Positions 1 to 16,255 are shown, numbered from the whole stretch's first letter. The stretch: DNA of 63,432 bases, filler included, from Octopus bimaculoides (GCF_001194135.2; 5 parts of 5 records of this genome joined end to end with filler, not necessarily neighbours in it); one strand, 5' to 3'. Made by a program: numbers and translations. The notes: generated by a model not told the origin, from the letters alone.

Positions 1-522
<522 letters not shown>

Positions 523-1204
523 TATTTGTAATACATCATTTTGTCAGAAACATCACTTAATGGCACAAGTGTCTATTCATTCAGAAGAATAACTATCAAT
601 ATATGCAAAAGTACCTAACCATAAATGTATTCAGAGAGGAAGGTAACCAGGACTATCTTTCAAAATTATATTTTATATAACCACAACTAATATCTACATT
701 CACTTTGATAATTTGACTAGAAAGATTTTGGAGAAAATTCCTCATATATATTGGAGCTGATACATTTTCTGAGAGAAGACAAGATGCCATTTGTACATTG
801 TGGGTAAATAACTGAGAAATGTAATTTCATTGACCATAATTGACTGCATTCACTCTATTCCCATCTGCTACTCTTTTTTTATCACATACATGCAAACTTA
901 CCTAGTCACTCACCTTGTGCAGTGAACTGTACCATAATGTTATTCACCTTTCTGTAACTTGAGTTGTTTGTCCTGACAGAGCTTCACTATTTCCTCTCTT
1001 TTTCTATCTCTCTTTTATCGGAAGTAATGAATAATCAACAAAGACATGAATCTGGAGAAAATACTGGTGGTGAGTGTAAAATTAGAAGTTATTTTAGGGA
1101 GATTTGGTTTCTATTTCTAGCATACTGCACTTCACTGAGTTTCATCTGCTAGCTTTTGGGCATGCATCCACACAACTGTGAGCAAAAGATGTGTTTCAAA
1201 AAAA

Positions 1205-1735
1205 AGTAGCAAAAAGGATGGCAAGCCACTGCTTAATGCAAGGGACTATGAAGAGGGAGAAATGAAGATGAAAGGAGTGAATTTACTTTATACTTGAAAA
1301 GGTTCAAGTCATAAGAAGGAGGAAAACGGTTCCAAAGTTTGACAGTTTGAGGTAAAAAGCTATGGCCATGGAAAAAACCTCCTTATCTTTGGAAGCACAA
1401 CACCATTTGCATGAATGCACTGTGAGTTTTGAATCAGACGAGATGGCACAGTGATCTAGAACTAAGAGAGAAAGTTCATCAGAAGACTTTCTCTGGCAAT
1501 AACAACAGAAAAGACTAACTCTGGCAATGTGACAAGAGAGGGATCAATCAAATTAGAGACTTGCTTGAGGAGATCCAAGTGGTAAGATGGTGCACCTGCC
1601 CGAATATGACAATATTATTCCATACAGAGATGAATTGTGAGCTTGCAAAGATACAACATAGCTTTGGATGTGAGGTAATTCTTTGATCTACACAATAAGT
1701 CAACCTTATCGGAATCACACCTACCAAGTGACTAT
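1205..1735 (-). mobile_element. Decayed CR1/L2/Jockey-group LINE 3' end
   Basis: Minus-strand translation gives KAMLYLCKLTIHLCME(stop)YCHIRAGAPSYHLDLL and HSFLPQTVKLWNRFPPSYDLNLFKYKVN, typical of the post-RT C-terminus. A short 3' UTR-like segment and an A/T tract follow. Confidence 0.7.
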
Positions 1736-1999
1736 GTATGAATCTTAAGCAAAATCAAGTTTGTGTATGTGTGTATATATATATATAAATATATATATTA
1801 TATACATACACATACCATTACCAGTGTCTTAACATCTACATTCCTATGTATATTGAGGCAGGTTTTCTATGGCCAGATGCCCCTCTTGTTGCTAACATCT
1901 ATTTGCAAGCAAGGCAATATTTCTCCATGACCAGACATAGCTTTGCAGAACATTGGAAATGAATGACACTACAATCAGGTGATATGAAGACATGGAAAC

Positions 2000-2032
<33 letters not shown>

Positions 2033-2340
2033 GACGGTGTGCTGGTAGGATCATTAGCGTGTCAGTCAGGATACTTAGCACCATTTCTTCCAGCTCTTTA
2101 CATTCTGTATTCAAATCTCGATGAGGTCAACTTTGCCATTCATCCCATTGGGGTCAGTGAAATAAAGCAAAAGTCAAGTATTGTGGTCATTGTAATCAAT
2201 TTGCTCCTTCCCCTCAAATTTGCTGACCTGGAACTCTGAAATGGACCAGCATCATTTTCCAGGGAATGTTGTGAACACATAGAATGAGGGTTATTAGTTT
2301 TATGAGTTTTAGGGCTCAAGAAAAAAAATATGTAACATAC

Positions 2341-2590
2341 CATCATCATTGTCATTTAATGTCAATGTGCCATGTCGACACTGATTAAACAGTTTGACAG
2401 GATTTGATGGACACAGTGTCTACTTTGACATCATTCCTACAACTGGGTGCCCTTCCTAATGCCAACGTTTACAACATGTACTGCTTTTTCCATGTCACTA
2501 GCATTATTGAGATTGCCATGCAACTTACAACACTATGAACCCTGAGAGAGGAGGGGTCAGCCTTGTGGACAGTTCATCAGAGTCTATACA
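2341..2590 (-). mobile_element. RTE-type 3'-end repeat, decayed
   Basis: Begins catcatcatt (reverse complement of a (GAT)n tail) and contains cctacaactgggtgcccttcctaatgccaac. Related sequence occurs at 48100-48235 and about 1860-1895. Confidence 0.5.
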
Positions 2591-2731
2591 AAGATAAAAT
2601 TTAACTTTCTACCTCATGGATGTGAGGAAATGCTAGGATGAGATTTAATAGCTAACGTATAAAAATGTTAATGAGGACGGGTTATCTCCACTGCATGAGA
2701 GGCTAAAATACCGTTCCAGACTCGTAATAGC

Positions 2732-3110
2732 CTAACTAGCAAACAGGAAGATCCAATTTTCCAGTAGGTAGTGCTTGGAATGGACACATTTAAGGAAAAT
2801 TTCTTTACAGCTATTTAACACGCCAAGTCTAGCATAGTCCTTAAGAATTTTGGTTCTCTCCATAATGCAGATTTTGCAATGGCCACTCCCACTGATATAT
2901 GAACCTAGATGTTCTATTATTTTCCACCTGATATCGCATGGGGTCCCTTGATCTTTGTGGTGCCACACATGGATGGCCAGAAACATGACAAAAGGCCTTT
3001 CTAAGACTCTAAAGAATGACTGGTGGTTGTGGAAGTCTCGCTTGAAAGCTGTACTGGCTGATCCGATATATTTACAAACTTGGGAGTTGGCTATATTCGC
3101 ACTCCTGCAA
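2732..3110 (-). mobile_element. Penelope-like element GIY-YIG endonuclease fragment
   Basis: KYIGSASTAFKRDFHNHQSFFR (YIG at 3062-3070), then after a frameshift VWHHKDQGTPCDIRWKII..CKICIMERTKIL..LNSCKEIFLKCVH. This is the W-x-I / CxxC-E / LN..C-H pattern of the PLE endonuclease C-terminus. Confidence 0.75.
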
Positions 3111-3424
3111 TGATCAGATGGTATTCTCTCTGTGCTTATCGTTTCTGGTCATATAGTTGGCAAGGATGCTGCCGGTGTTAGTGTGTGTGCCATCCTATAA
3201 CATAAACACTGAAGACATTGGAAATGCATTAAATTTTTACACACATATAATTTTTGTATAAATACAAGTTTAACTTTTTAACATAAGAGAGAAATAGTTT
3301 TACTATGTACCAATATATATATATATGTGTGTGTGTGTATGTGAAAATAAAAATACATAGATATGTTTTTGTATTATAGTTTTACTGAAAATATTTTGGT
3401 ATATGTAGTTACAAGGTAAGTTTG

Positions 3425-4010
3425 AGTATAGTTGTTGGTTGGATAGGAAATCCGACCAATGGTAGCCCATAATCCTGCTCAGTATCCTGGTACCAAAGGA
3501 GTTCAGGCAGCCTCTAAGTCCTCTTGATAAGTCTCACAATTGTAGAGGAAGGCAAGGAAGATCAGAGACCGGAAGACTTGAACCTCTCTTGTTCAGATAT
3601 TGGCAGAGCCAATCATCCTTGTCCATTGAATTCACAACTGCAGTCTTTTACAAACTTTGTACTCACAGTTAATGCTACTGAGATAAGTGGTTCAGTAACT
3701 TCCACATTCTCACCTACAGTAGAGAGACATGATAGAGTCCTCAGGAAACCAACAAAGTTTGGATCTTTGTTCTGACCTAAGAAACTCCAAGGGCCAGTGC
3801 TTCCACTCCATCACTTAGTGAAAGGAGAGTACTCCTTAAGACATCCAGAGATTCAGCCAGAATAACCGCATCATCACCAATCTTGGTTTTACGAATGGGC
3901 ACTCCACAACTGAATCGAGCCAACATACAGCCAATTATCCAGTCCATGCAGGCATTGAACAGAGTGAAAGACAAAACACATCCCTCATGAATGCACCTGG
4001 ACTTTGCATT
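3425..4010 (-). mobile_element. RTE-clade LINE RT fragment (motif 4 onward), decayed
   Basis: EGCVLSFTLFNACMDWIIG..DDAVILAESLDVL, then across frameshifts VQVFRSLIFLAFLYNCET and NSFGTRILSRIMGYHWSDFLSN. Confidence 0.8.
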
Positions 4011-4094
4011 GCTGGTGCCAGCTAACCAATATTCTGAGCGGCATTGGTAGACTTAGTATTCCAATATTTATCATGTGGCAAAGGAAATCAACTA

Positions 4095-5245
4095 TCTGCT
4101 TGTAGATGGGCACAGGAGGGTCCTACAGAGCTGCAGGATTTTTCAGAATGCTAGCTTCATGTGCACTAACCATAGGTTTGTTGTGGCTGAGTTGAGAAAA
4201 GGACTGAAGTCTTAGAGGCTCAAGACAGCCAGTCTCAGATTGAATGTCACCAAACTCAAAGACAACAGTGTAAGCAAGAGTGATTTACAGCAGCTTGATG
4301 CTGGTCCCTTGGTTGGACTTGTGGGAAACGTATAGGGAGACTTGGCTGTCAACTGCTAGGGAGTGTATTGGATTCCAAAAACGGCCAGGAAACATTTTTG
4401 ATGGAGTACAGCTGCAAGGCAAGGCTAAGTGGGCTCCTAGATGATTTGCTTCTGTGGCTGAGATGGGGAGAATTCAGAGCACTGAAGCTTGACATAGAAA
4501 AGCAGATTCAATGAAACTGAGGAGGTCAAGCTTCACACCTGACTCACTGCCTACAGAGGGATTCCTGTGCTTTTGAGGGGCAAATTTTCCTCTCGTTTTC
4601 TGGAGTTTTAGACACTGATGGAACGCTCCTGACAGAGGAGCCCAAGGTGGTCACTTGTCGGGCATTGTACATTAATTGGGTTGCATTAAGTGGATTCACC
4701 TAATCCTACTCTTGATGCCATGGTGCCTTCAGCACTGGTGACTGACCCACCAGCCAGCTGTGATCTGTCACCCACAGATGAGGTTCACATGGTGGTAAAT
4801 CAGCTGAGGAGCAGGAAGGTACCTGGTGTTTGTAGCATCCATGAGGCGATCATCAGGAAAGGTGGGCCTTCTGCAGTTTTGTTCTTGTGACATTATCTCA
4901 ATTTGGAGAAATGGTATCATACCACCTGGAACAGGGGGGGGGGTGCATAATTATCCCTATCTGGGAATTTAAAAGTGACTACCACCACTGTAACAGCTAC
5001 GGATCTGTTACACTCTTCTCAGTGTTTGTAAATTCTTTGCTAGAGTCATTCTAAACAAAATCATCTACATAGATCTCAGCAACTGGAGCACTTGGGGTTC
5101 ACACGAAATGAGGTCAACTCCTGACAGGATCCTGGGTCCCCGTGTTCTCAATGAACACAGATGCAGTTATTGGCAGGGACTACTTGTAGCTTATGTTGAT
5201 TCCTGTGAAGCATCTGACTTTGTGCACCAGAGGATCCTGAAGCTG
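4095..5245 (+). mobile_element. RTE-clade LINE fragment (endonuclease end to early RT), opposite strand to the adjacent piece
   Basis: DPPASCDLSPTDEVHMVVNQLRSRKVPGVCSIHEAIIRKGG and RSTPDRILGPRVLNEHRCSYWQGLLVAYVDSCEASDFVH match RTE RT motifs 0-3. Confidence 0.8.
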
Positions 5246-5513
5246 CGATCTGTAACTCTGAGGGGTTGGGGTGATGGTCGAATCATCGGAGACATCGAAG
5301 ATGGTGGCATCATAAGAGACATCGACATTTCCAGGTAGAGCTGAAATGCAAGAACACAAAAAGAAAAACTACAGCAAATCGACGACGATGGGACGAGTCA
5401 GCTTCTTTAACAGTCTCAACGTGCAAAAGCCTATATCAATGACTTCAAGTATATGTAGCATATATGTGCACCTTTATCTATAAACACCTCACTCACTTCG
5501 CTAATATTCAACA

Positions 5514-5544
5514 ATGCGCATGTTCAACCGGAAGTTGAGTTCAG
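5514..5544 (+). promoter_or_regulatory. Putative ZNF-2 promoter block, NRF1-like plus ETS-like
   Basis: atgcgcatgttcaaccggaagt contains TGCGCATG and CCGGAAGT, about 450 bp upstream of the ATG. A homologous block lies upstream of ZNF-3. Confidence 0.55.
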
Positions 5545-5968
5545 ATTTTAAACAAAGTGTTTGAACACGAAGAAATCGTAATATTATATTTTATGTTTTA
5601 ATATATTTATCTCCAATCACTTTCTCTCTCTCTCTCTCTNNNNNNNNNNNNNNNNNNNNNNNNNNNNNNNNNNNNNNNNNNNNNNNNNNNNNNNNNNNNN
5701 NNNNNNNNNNNNNNNNNNNNNNNNNNNNNNNNNNNNNNNNNNNNNNNNNNNNNNNNNNNNNNNNNNNNNTGAACTACTAATCATAGTTTTCATTCATATG
5801 AGGTATTTTTTTAATTGAATTTTCACATTTAAAGGTCGTTTCTACTTGTTATCCACCATTGAGTAGTTTAAGATACCATCCTCAGATATCAAGTAAGAGT
5901 GAAGTTGAAAGAGATTTCTTCAAAAAAAATAAGGATAAAATATATGAATTGGTGAGAGAAGAACAATT

Positions 5969-7138
5969 ATGGAAAATACATTGAGTGAGACAGCGATTGA
6001 AAGCATCGATATTTCTGATGAGATGTTGAAAGAGATGAGAAAAACTTCAAACTACTGTGACATCTGTGGTAAATCATTTTCTCTAAAGAAATCTTTAACT
6101 GCTCACAAACGTATTCATACAGGAGTGAAACCATATCAGTGTAATATCTGTGGTAAAGCTTTTTATCGAAGTACTTATTTAACAATTCATATACGTACTC
6201 ATACAGGAGAAAAGCCTTATCACTGTGATATCTGTGATAAATCATTTGCTCGGAGTCATCAGTTGACTGTCCATAAATACATTCACACAGGAGGGCAGCC
6301 ATGTCACTGTGATATCTGTGGTAAATCATTGTCTTCAAACAGTAAATTAAAAGTGCACAAACGCTTCCATACAGGAGAGAAACCATTTCAGTGTGACATC
6401 TGTGGTAAATCATACTCTATTAGTAGTCATTTAACATCTCACAAATATTTTCATACAGGAGAGCAACCATACCACTGTGATATCTGTGGTAAATCTTTCT
6501 CTGCAAATAGTCAATTAACTATACACAAACGCATTCATACAGGAGAAAAGCCGTATCACTGTGATATCTGTGGCAAAACCTTATCTGACCCACGTAACTT
6601 GAATAGTCATAAACGTGTTCACACAGGAGAGAAACGGTATCTTTGTGATGTCTGTGGTAAATCATTCTCTCGTGGTGGACATTTAACTGCTCACAAATGC
6701 ATTCACACTGGAAAGAAGCCACATGCGTGTGATATCTGTGGTAAATCATTCTCTACAAGTTCTGAATTAACTGCTCACATACGCATTCATACAGGAGACA
6801 AGCCTTATTCCTGTGATATCTGTGACAAGTCATTTTCTCGTAGAGAATCATTATCTGCTCACAAACGAATTCATACTGGTGAGAAGCCACATCACTGTGA
6901 TATCTGTGGTAAATCATTCACAACATCAACTAACTTAACTAAACACATACGCAGTCATACAGGGGAGAAGCCATACTGTTGCGATATCTGTGGTAAATCA
7001 TATACTACAGCAAGTAGTTTAACTACACACAAACACATTCACACAGGAAAGAAACCATATCACTGTGATGTCTGTGGGACATCATTTTCTCAGAAACGTG
7101 GCTTAATGGTGCATGTTTGTATTGATTCTGAAGAATAA
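5969..7138 (+). CDS. C2H2 zinc-finger protein (ZNF-2), 389 aa; 12 intact fingers plus 1 degenerate; intact ORF
   Basis: Uninterrupted ORF with a short acidic leader (MENTLSET...), tandem fingers and a final finger with His replaced by Asp, ending SEE*. Confidence 0.93.
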   Translation: MENTLSETAIESIDISDEMLKEMRKTSNYCDICGKSFSLKKSLTAHKRIHTGVKPYQCNICGKAFYRSTYLTIHIRTHTGEKPYHCDICDKSFARSHQLTVHKYIHTGGQPCHCDICGKSLSSNSKLKVHKRFHTGEKPFQCDICGKSYSISSHLTSHKYFHTGEQPYHCDICGKSFSANSQLTIHKRIHTGEKPYHCDICGKTLSDPRNLNSHKRVHTGEKRYLCDVCGKSFSRGGHLTAHKCIHTGKKPHACDICGKSFSTSSELTAHIRIHTGDKPYSCDICDKSFSRRESLSAHKRIHTGEKPHHCDICGKSFTTSTNLTKHIRSHTGEKPYCCDICGKSYTTASSLTTHKHIHTGKKPYHCDVCGTSFSQKRGLMVHVCIDSEE

Positions 7139-8499
7139 CTGTCAGTGTCTGAAGATATGCAATGAAGAAATACCTAACCATAGATGCATTCACAGAAGGT
7201 AGACACGACTATCTTTCATGACTGAATTCAGTTTGATATTTTTAGTAAAAATAATTTCAGAATATACTTCTATATTTTGTAGCTTAATTATTTCCTGATG
7301 GAAACAACAGTAGATTTATTGGACACTGTGGGTAAATAACTGAGAAGTGTATTCTTATACATCTTCAGTGGCCACTCTGTACAGGTATTATGTTGGAATG
7401 ATGTGGTGCTGCAATATCTGGATGGATGGATAGGCCACACCTTAAGAAAACCAAAATCCTAACCTGAAATCCTCGAAGGCGGGTTATGAAAAAGTAAGGA
7501 TCCATCTGGAAAGAAGAAAATATTTCATACCCCTTCGGAATATAAGTATGATGTCTTATTTATAGTCTTTGTTTTCTATATATTCATTCATGTATATACT
7601 CCATCGAATTAACAAAAGTAATGACTTCAACAATTTCTATCGGATAGTTTTTCGGTGAACCTGACAGTATTTTTGGTGTTTGTACATAATCTTCTCTATA
7701 TTCATTCATGTATCTATTCCTATATCCTGTGAAAAATGTTATGTATTTTTCTGAACAATGGAATGTTTCATGCTTTAGATAATAAAATAAAGACTTATTA
7801 ATTTGTCTTAGTATCAACTTTGTAAAAACATGTTCGTTCTATTGTATAATCCTACAAAAAAAAAAGGAATGATCTTCAACAAAGTATTTCTATCAGAGAT
7901 ATTTTTAGTATCGACCAGAAAGTATTTCTGATGCTGATTTCAAAACCTTCATTTTCGCAGCAGCATGTATGATTTTTGTGACAGAATTTTTTAATGATTA
8001 TAATTGAAATATTTTTTTGATCATACTATTGCTATTTTAATAATGTCTTGTGATTATAAAAGTCATCTTGACATTTTCTTTTATAGGAGAGTATTGTAGT
8101 TCGCTTGAAGCATTGTGTATTGTTTGTTAAGAATAAAAAGTTTAGAATGGTATAACAATGCACTATAGAACAAAAAATGGACTATATACCTGTTGTAATT
8201 TGGTTATCTATAGTCCAATGATATTTTGGAATTACAATTCCTTCTTCAGATCTTCTTTGCTGGAGTCTCTGCTATTTTCTTTTATGTTTGTGGTACTAAG
8301 GCACACTAGTGGACTATTGCAACAGATCTTATGAAATATTCTAGATTTAATTTTGTTATATAAGTGACCAAGACAAATAGTGGCCACCACATTGAATCTA
8401 TTCTGCCTGTTCAAATAGACTACATGACTGATTTGACTGATTATATCACAAGAAAGGTAATCAGTGTCTTTTGCTTGACTCAATCTATAGAGAAAACAT

Positions 8500-8760
8500 A
8501 AATATCATATCTACTTCTCTCTCTAAGGAGCATAGGCCATCTAATTTTTCTCCACTATTCTCAGTTCTGGGCTGTCTTTTCTGCTTCTATCCAGTTAGAT
8601 CTCTATTTTCTCAGGTATATCTCAATATCCCATCTCCTTTGTTGGTTGTAGGTCAGGGCCTGATATGTAATGCAAGATGTTGGTTTCCTTAACGTATAGC
8701 CATCCTTTCAGATTTTGCTGCACCATTTCATATGTTGTCCTGAGGAAAAGGCTTCCTGTC
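8500..8760 (-). mobile_element. Probable RTE LINE C-terminal fragment
   Basis: Minus translation PTRRWDIEIYLRK..NWIEAEKTAQN..WRK resembles the RTE ending (W..AQDR..WR). Confidence 0.4.
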
Positions 8761-11700
8761 CCAGATCTTGGTGTTTTGAATTGTCATTGATGCTTTTGTA
8801 ATTTTGCATTATTCAAGGTAGAGATGTTGGCCTTATGCAAACTCATTTTTACCCCTGGGAAGAGTGTGTCCCTTATTATTCTGTCTGTTTTCTATTGACC
8901 TGTTCAGCATGAGGCCATACCAGAAGCTTATGCTCTGCTGGTATAGCTATCTGTGTCACTGAGGCACAGAAGCCTTCACACCACATCAAAGACTGGACCT
9001 TGTGGTGGGGAAATCATCACAGTGTCTGCTAATTGTGTAATTTTAATGTAATTAAATGTGTCTGTTTAAATGTATATTCTGCATGCTGACCAAGGTGACA
9101 TGATGGCCCAATGCTCATTTCCTTACCCTCATGTGATGGATTAATTTTTAAATATGAGGAAATGGAGGTTAATGAATATACAATTAGTGGAAGTGCTGGA
9201 CTTTTTTTTACTGGTCCTCAATTACATAAATGAAGAAAATATGGAGCCTAGGTTATTTATTGTTGAGCATTTTATGTTGGCAGAGCTTCTCACTTGAAAG
9301 AAGGTAACTGACTTGACCAAAGTGTACAAGTGAGTCACTATCCAAAATAGAAAATTTAATTTAATCAACATGCTTTGCAACAGATGGTTCACTCTGCTAT
9401 TACAATGACGTCAGCGTTCACACAGAGTTGTCTCATTCTTCTAGAGCCTCTTTGATTTGATCCATCACAAGCTTGAAAGCAGCTCTGCAGCATAATGGTC
9501 ACATCATGCCATACACTCCTGTAGCTCACTTTGTCTAAATATGATGCAATAACATGGATATACTGCTTGATACCATTCAATATCATATTCAATAGAATCT
9601 CAGTGCCAAGTGATTGCCATACTAATAGTCATGCTAGCAGAATTTACAAAATATTGTCTTATGTCTATAAGTTTGTAATACTACCACAGATCACTATATT
9701 AAGTGAGACTGGCCACTAAAGTCACTTTATGTTCCAGGAGTGACCATTGTCCAGTTTACTTAAGTGGATACCAAGAAAATATTTCTACCACCTCTTCTTA
9801 TTAAATGTAGCTCGAGAAAAGATTTCCCTAAAAGCAACAAATAAAGTCATTTCAAGAGGATTTCAGTGACTTTTAAGAAAACTCTCAAATCTTAGTGTGA
9901 TAAAATCATTAACTTTGTAATTTTTGTGGAACCACAAAATAGGAGGTGTTTAAACGACATCAGAATTTAATCATTTCCTTAATATGTGGTAATTACAACT
10001 TATCAGTCTTTTAAATGGTTATGCACAAAATTCTGTGATCAATAACACATCTCTTTCTTTAATATTCAGATCTGACACTGAAAATGATATGGAACTCTTC
10101 CTAGATTTCAATTTTGACAATGCTTTATTAACTTGAAACTACATCCTTAATTTGCTCATTTTACAAACATTCAGATGATATATCTGGACAAGTGTGCATA
10201 GATACCCACATCATCTGACCTTCAAGTCTTTCAATTCAGATTTCTCATTACTCTTCCTTAGTGACTTTCCTCCTCATTTCTGTTGATATAGTGAAGGATT
10301 AGTGGTTAGGGCATTCAGCTTGAGAGACCTTATAGCATGATTGAGGAACATCATTCAAATAATAAATAAATTTCACCTTCCACACATACATTTGGACACA
10401 TATCAAAAGGTAGTCTAAAGAAAACCTCTCTCTAGCATATTGCTCTATAAAAACGTAGCAGTGAAATCTGGAGTCTGCATTTGCCAATTCCTTTCTCATG
10501 TAAGTCAACATTACTTGCTGCATAGCTTTATGGCTGCATGTGGGAGAATCTCTTTTTTAGATTACTTGAATCTTCTTTATAACTATGTGGAATAAGATAA
10601 GTCTCCATTATCCTTGCATTTTTCATTAATCATTCATCTTGTTGGTATAGTTTCTTTTTTTTTTTTAAACTAATGTTGCAGTATGTTTTCATATATATAT
10701 ATATATATCAAGATTCTTCATGTTTTATGTGTCTTATTGCTTATTATCAATTACTACTTTTTCTCATTTCTGCCCTGCAGTAAGTAACTCTACGTTTTCA
10801 TGATCATTTATCTTTTTGTAGTTATTGTGAAACTCACACCCAGTGTCATTTAACGGAAAATTCAACTGGCAGTTCCAAAATATATCCACATTAAAAATAT
10901 ATTCCTAGTGGTCTCTTTCATTTTCTTTGCTTTAATTAATCTAGTAGCAGTAGAATCCAAAATTTGCAAATACATTCCTTCTGATTAAGACAAACTGTGT
11001 CATGAAACTTATTCCCCAGAGAGAAACCCACCTCTGGTCTCAGTGGAGGTCTTCTAAACTTACAACAAATTTCTTTATTTTTAGCCTTCTTCCTCATCTC
11101 AGCATTGGACCCCAGGTTCAAATTTCTCAAATAAAATGTTTGATGTTTTACCATCTTCTAACAGTTGGTTAGTTAAAGGAATATTTAGTGTGTGAAGTTG
11201 CTAATAAAAACGTCAACACTTCAGTAATTGGACTGAATATTAATCCAATAACGATGAAATACCTCTATGCAGTTAAAGACAATAACACTCATTCTGTGTG
11301 AATAGCTTCAAGTTTTATTCTGACAAGTGATAAATGAATGCGTTCAGTGAGTATACAATGTTCAATAAAGATTTCTGGAAAGAAGAAAGGTTTTGAACAA
11401 CTTGCTATGTTCCATGATGACCGAGTAAATAGAAATAAATCAAGCTACGAGATTTACTTTCCACAGGCACTAGACGTAGAATACCATGATGAGCTAATGA
11501 CTGGAAATCGGAAATCGAATTCATGTGTCTGGCTCTCTCTAGGTCGTGGGGGAACTTGTTGTGCCTTGAAGAAGCAGTTATAGAAGAGGCTGATTTAAGC
11601 GGGAATGCTGCTTAAATAGGTGATGTGCTACTTGTGACCTCCTGTGTGTTATTTTGAAGTTACATGTGGTAGGGGAGTTAATCAAGTTTACCAATAATTT

Positions 11701-11847
11701 TCTGGAATCTTCTAGAATGTTTGATCAGGAGAGATAACTGTCGTTGATTCCCAATGAATCTGTTTCAATTAGCGTTGTCTAGAAATACAATAGTGACCTA
11801 ATAATGTGTTTTCCTCTACCACTACTTGACAGTGTTGGATTGTTCAA

Positions 11848-11970
11848 TCCCTGTAACTTGGCAGTTCAGCAAAACAGACTGACAGAATAATTACTGGGGT
11901 CAATTTGAGAAAACCTTTCAATGTTGGTGCCCCAGCATGGCCACAGTCCAACAACTAAAGCAGGTAAAAG
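11848..11970 (+). mobile_element. SINE 3' tail fragment
   Basis: gtaacttggcagttcagcaaaa..ggtgccccagcatggccacagtc. Reverse-complement copies occur at 16500-16755, 25090, 26255 and 57605. Confidence 0.6.
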
Positions 11971-12566
11971 AAGGCAATAGATAAACACTAGATAAATTGA
12001 CTGTCTTGTAAAACTGGACATTAAGAGTGTATCAAGAACATATTTCCAGCCTCTAACCAGTAAATATACTGATTCCTCTCTTTACTAGTCTCTAATGGAC
12101 ACTGCTCTACAGAGCTTGTTGAATTGTGCCACTTTCACTCAGGTATTCCTATTCCATCACGCTTGTTGTATCCAAGAATATTTATTAGATAAGTAAATTA
12201 ATGTACAAAAGACCAACAACATATAACATATATATCTTATATAATGTGATAAAATGTTTTCTTCTATCACTTGTATATTTATTACTAACAAAATTACACA
12301 GTGATGTAATGCCTGATTTATGAGAATACATTTCTCAGTTACATACAATAGACCAAATACATCTTACCTCCCCTCATGTACTATGTTATCTTATATATTC
12401 TGAAACGATATTATTACCAAAAACTATCAAAGCAATAAGTTATCTCATGAATGTACATAGCTGTAGTTAAATAAAATATAGTTTTCATTGATAGGTTTGT
12501 CTATTTTCCTCTGCAAATATATTTATGGTTAGGTATTTTTTATAGCATATCTTCCTCCATTGGCAG

Positions 12567-14411
<1,845 letters not shown>

Positions 14412-15337
14412 TCACTCACCACTTCTTTAATATTTATATTTTCTCCTATGAAATTTTCACCAACTTTGCTCATTGGTGATATTTGAAAATGTCAGCAAAT
14501 TTAAGTTTAATTAGAATGCAAATTACTTTTGTAGACCTTGTACACAATTTGAATATTTCAGTTGACAGGAAATATTTAGGAAGAGATTTAATAAAGTCAA
14601 GGTGGTATGTTTTCTGTATAACATCTTCTCTTAGTCTTTAAATGATGATAAACATTGATGATACTATCCAAAGTAAAATATTCTTGTGCCAGTGTCATCT
14701 GATATTCCTGAAATAGTAGAGAATCACTATAAGATAAAAGAAATACAAGTAGAGATTCAACAGTGGGAAATTTACAACATTTCTATACTGATAAACTAGA
14801 GATGTAAACTTCTATTTGCACTTTACTTTTTGTAAACATTATAAAAATTAAAGTCCAGGAAAATTAACTTGTAATGATAACACATATTTAAGCTGAAAAT
14901 CTACATTGCAAAAAAGAATATACAGCTGTGTAGTGACAATTCAATAAATCTTCATTGAATTATCAAAACCATGTACTGGATTATTTATGAAACATTGCTA
15001 TAGTTTATCTTTATCGAATATTTCTTTGATCCTACAAATTAACATAGCATAATCTTTTAACTCCATAATTTTTAATTTGTCTTTTCATGAACAGGCATAA
15101 ACATGGGAATGTAGTTAAGAAGTCTACTTCCCAATTATATCAGTTGCTTCTGATAGGACCCTATGGCAGAGATACTTGAGGACTCTGCCCCAACAAGTTG
15201 TAGACCAAGAAAGAGAGAGTTGGATAATATTGCACATTATTGAACCATGGACAAAATCTCAAATCTTAGCTGTTGTTCTGCCTCACCATGCCATTAACCC
15301 ACTGGTTTACTGGGTCTCCCACTTCGAGGTTCAGTAA

Positions 15338-16083
15338 AAAATGAGATACTTAAATCTAACACAGCATCAGATCATTATTGAGAATAGATTTAAATAAAAA
15401 TCCCATTTTTAAGCTTGTTCTTGCTGCTGCAGAGACGACCTTCTGAATAAAAGTATTTATAATTAGTTCAATAGCATTGCAAGATGATAGAGGTTTCAAT
15501 CTCCACTTATTAAAGTTTTTTTTGAAACCATTGTTAAAAAAAAAAAAAAAATTAAAATGAAAAATCTTACACTCTGGTCTGACTTGAACCCACTACCAGA
15601 TTATGCAGGATGTCCTATCACTGCTTATTTATCTTTGTCTTTACTTACATTGGGTGCCCTGTTAATTTCTGTGGAAAATAAGATAATTAAATCTACCACA
15701 GCACCAAATCAATAATAAAAATAGATTTAAATATCTCATTTTTAATCTGTTTTTCAGGTGTTGGTTTGATGGCCTAATGGTTAAAGGTGTTAGTAATTTA
15801 ACTAACACCCTTGTATGAAGGTAGAGGTTTCAATTTCTATCTAGAAATTTTTAAAATTTTTAAAAAATATTTTTGTATAAACGAAAAAAAAAATAAAAAG
15901 ACTCTTACCTTCTTCCCCCATCCTGACCAGGTTTGAACCCAGGACAGGACACTTCAGAATGTCCCCCTCACCCGGCTCATCTACACTCACCTTTACCCCC
16001 CAATAATTGCTGTCAAAAATGAGCTACTTAAATCTATAATTGCGTCCAATCAATAATAAAAGTAGATTTAAATATCTCATCTT
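15338..16083. repeat. Degenerate ~340-bp tandem array; each unit has a ~21-bp inverted repeat around a 26-nt spacer
   Basis: Left arms AAAATGAGATA(C/A)TTAAATCTA-like start at 15338, 15675 and 16016. Right arms TAGATTTAAATATCTCATTTT-like start at 15385, 15722 and 16063. Confidence 0.75.
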
Positions 16084-16104
16084 TCCCAGCACACACACAC
16101 ACAA

Positions 16105-16255
16105 CTGGCTTCTTTCAGTTTCTGTCTACCAAATCCACTCACAAGTCTTTGGCCAGTCTGAGCCTACAGAAAAAGACTTGTCCAAGATGCCAAATAGTGG
16201 GACTCAACCCAGAAAGGTTCGGAAGCAAGATTCTTACCATACAGCCACTCCTACA
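16105..16255 (-). mobile_element. tRNA-derived SINE head, decayed
   Basis: Reverse complement reads gtaggagtggctgtatggtaaga (A box) .. gggttgagtccc (B-box-like) .. ggtagacagaaactgaaaga. Confidence 0.6.

Noticed and set aside
5967-6749. Minus-strand ORFs with repeated MIYHRYH motifs (also 19477-19782)
   Set aside because: These are antisense shadows of the 84-bp zinc-finger repeats.
9380-11160. Non-repetitive stretches with short minus-strand ORFs, possibly exons or an old element
   Set aside because: No consistent frame, splice pattern or motif that I can recognise.
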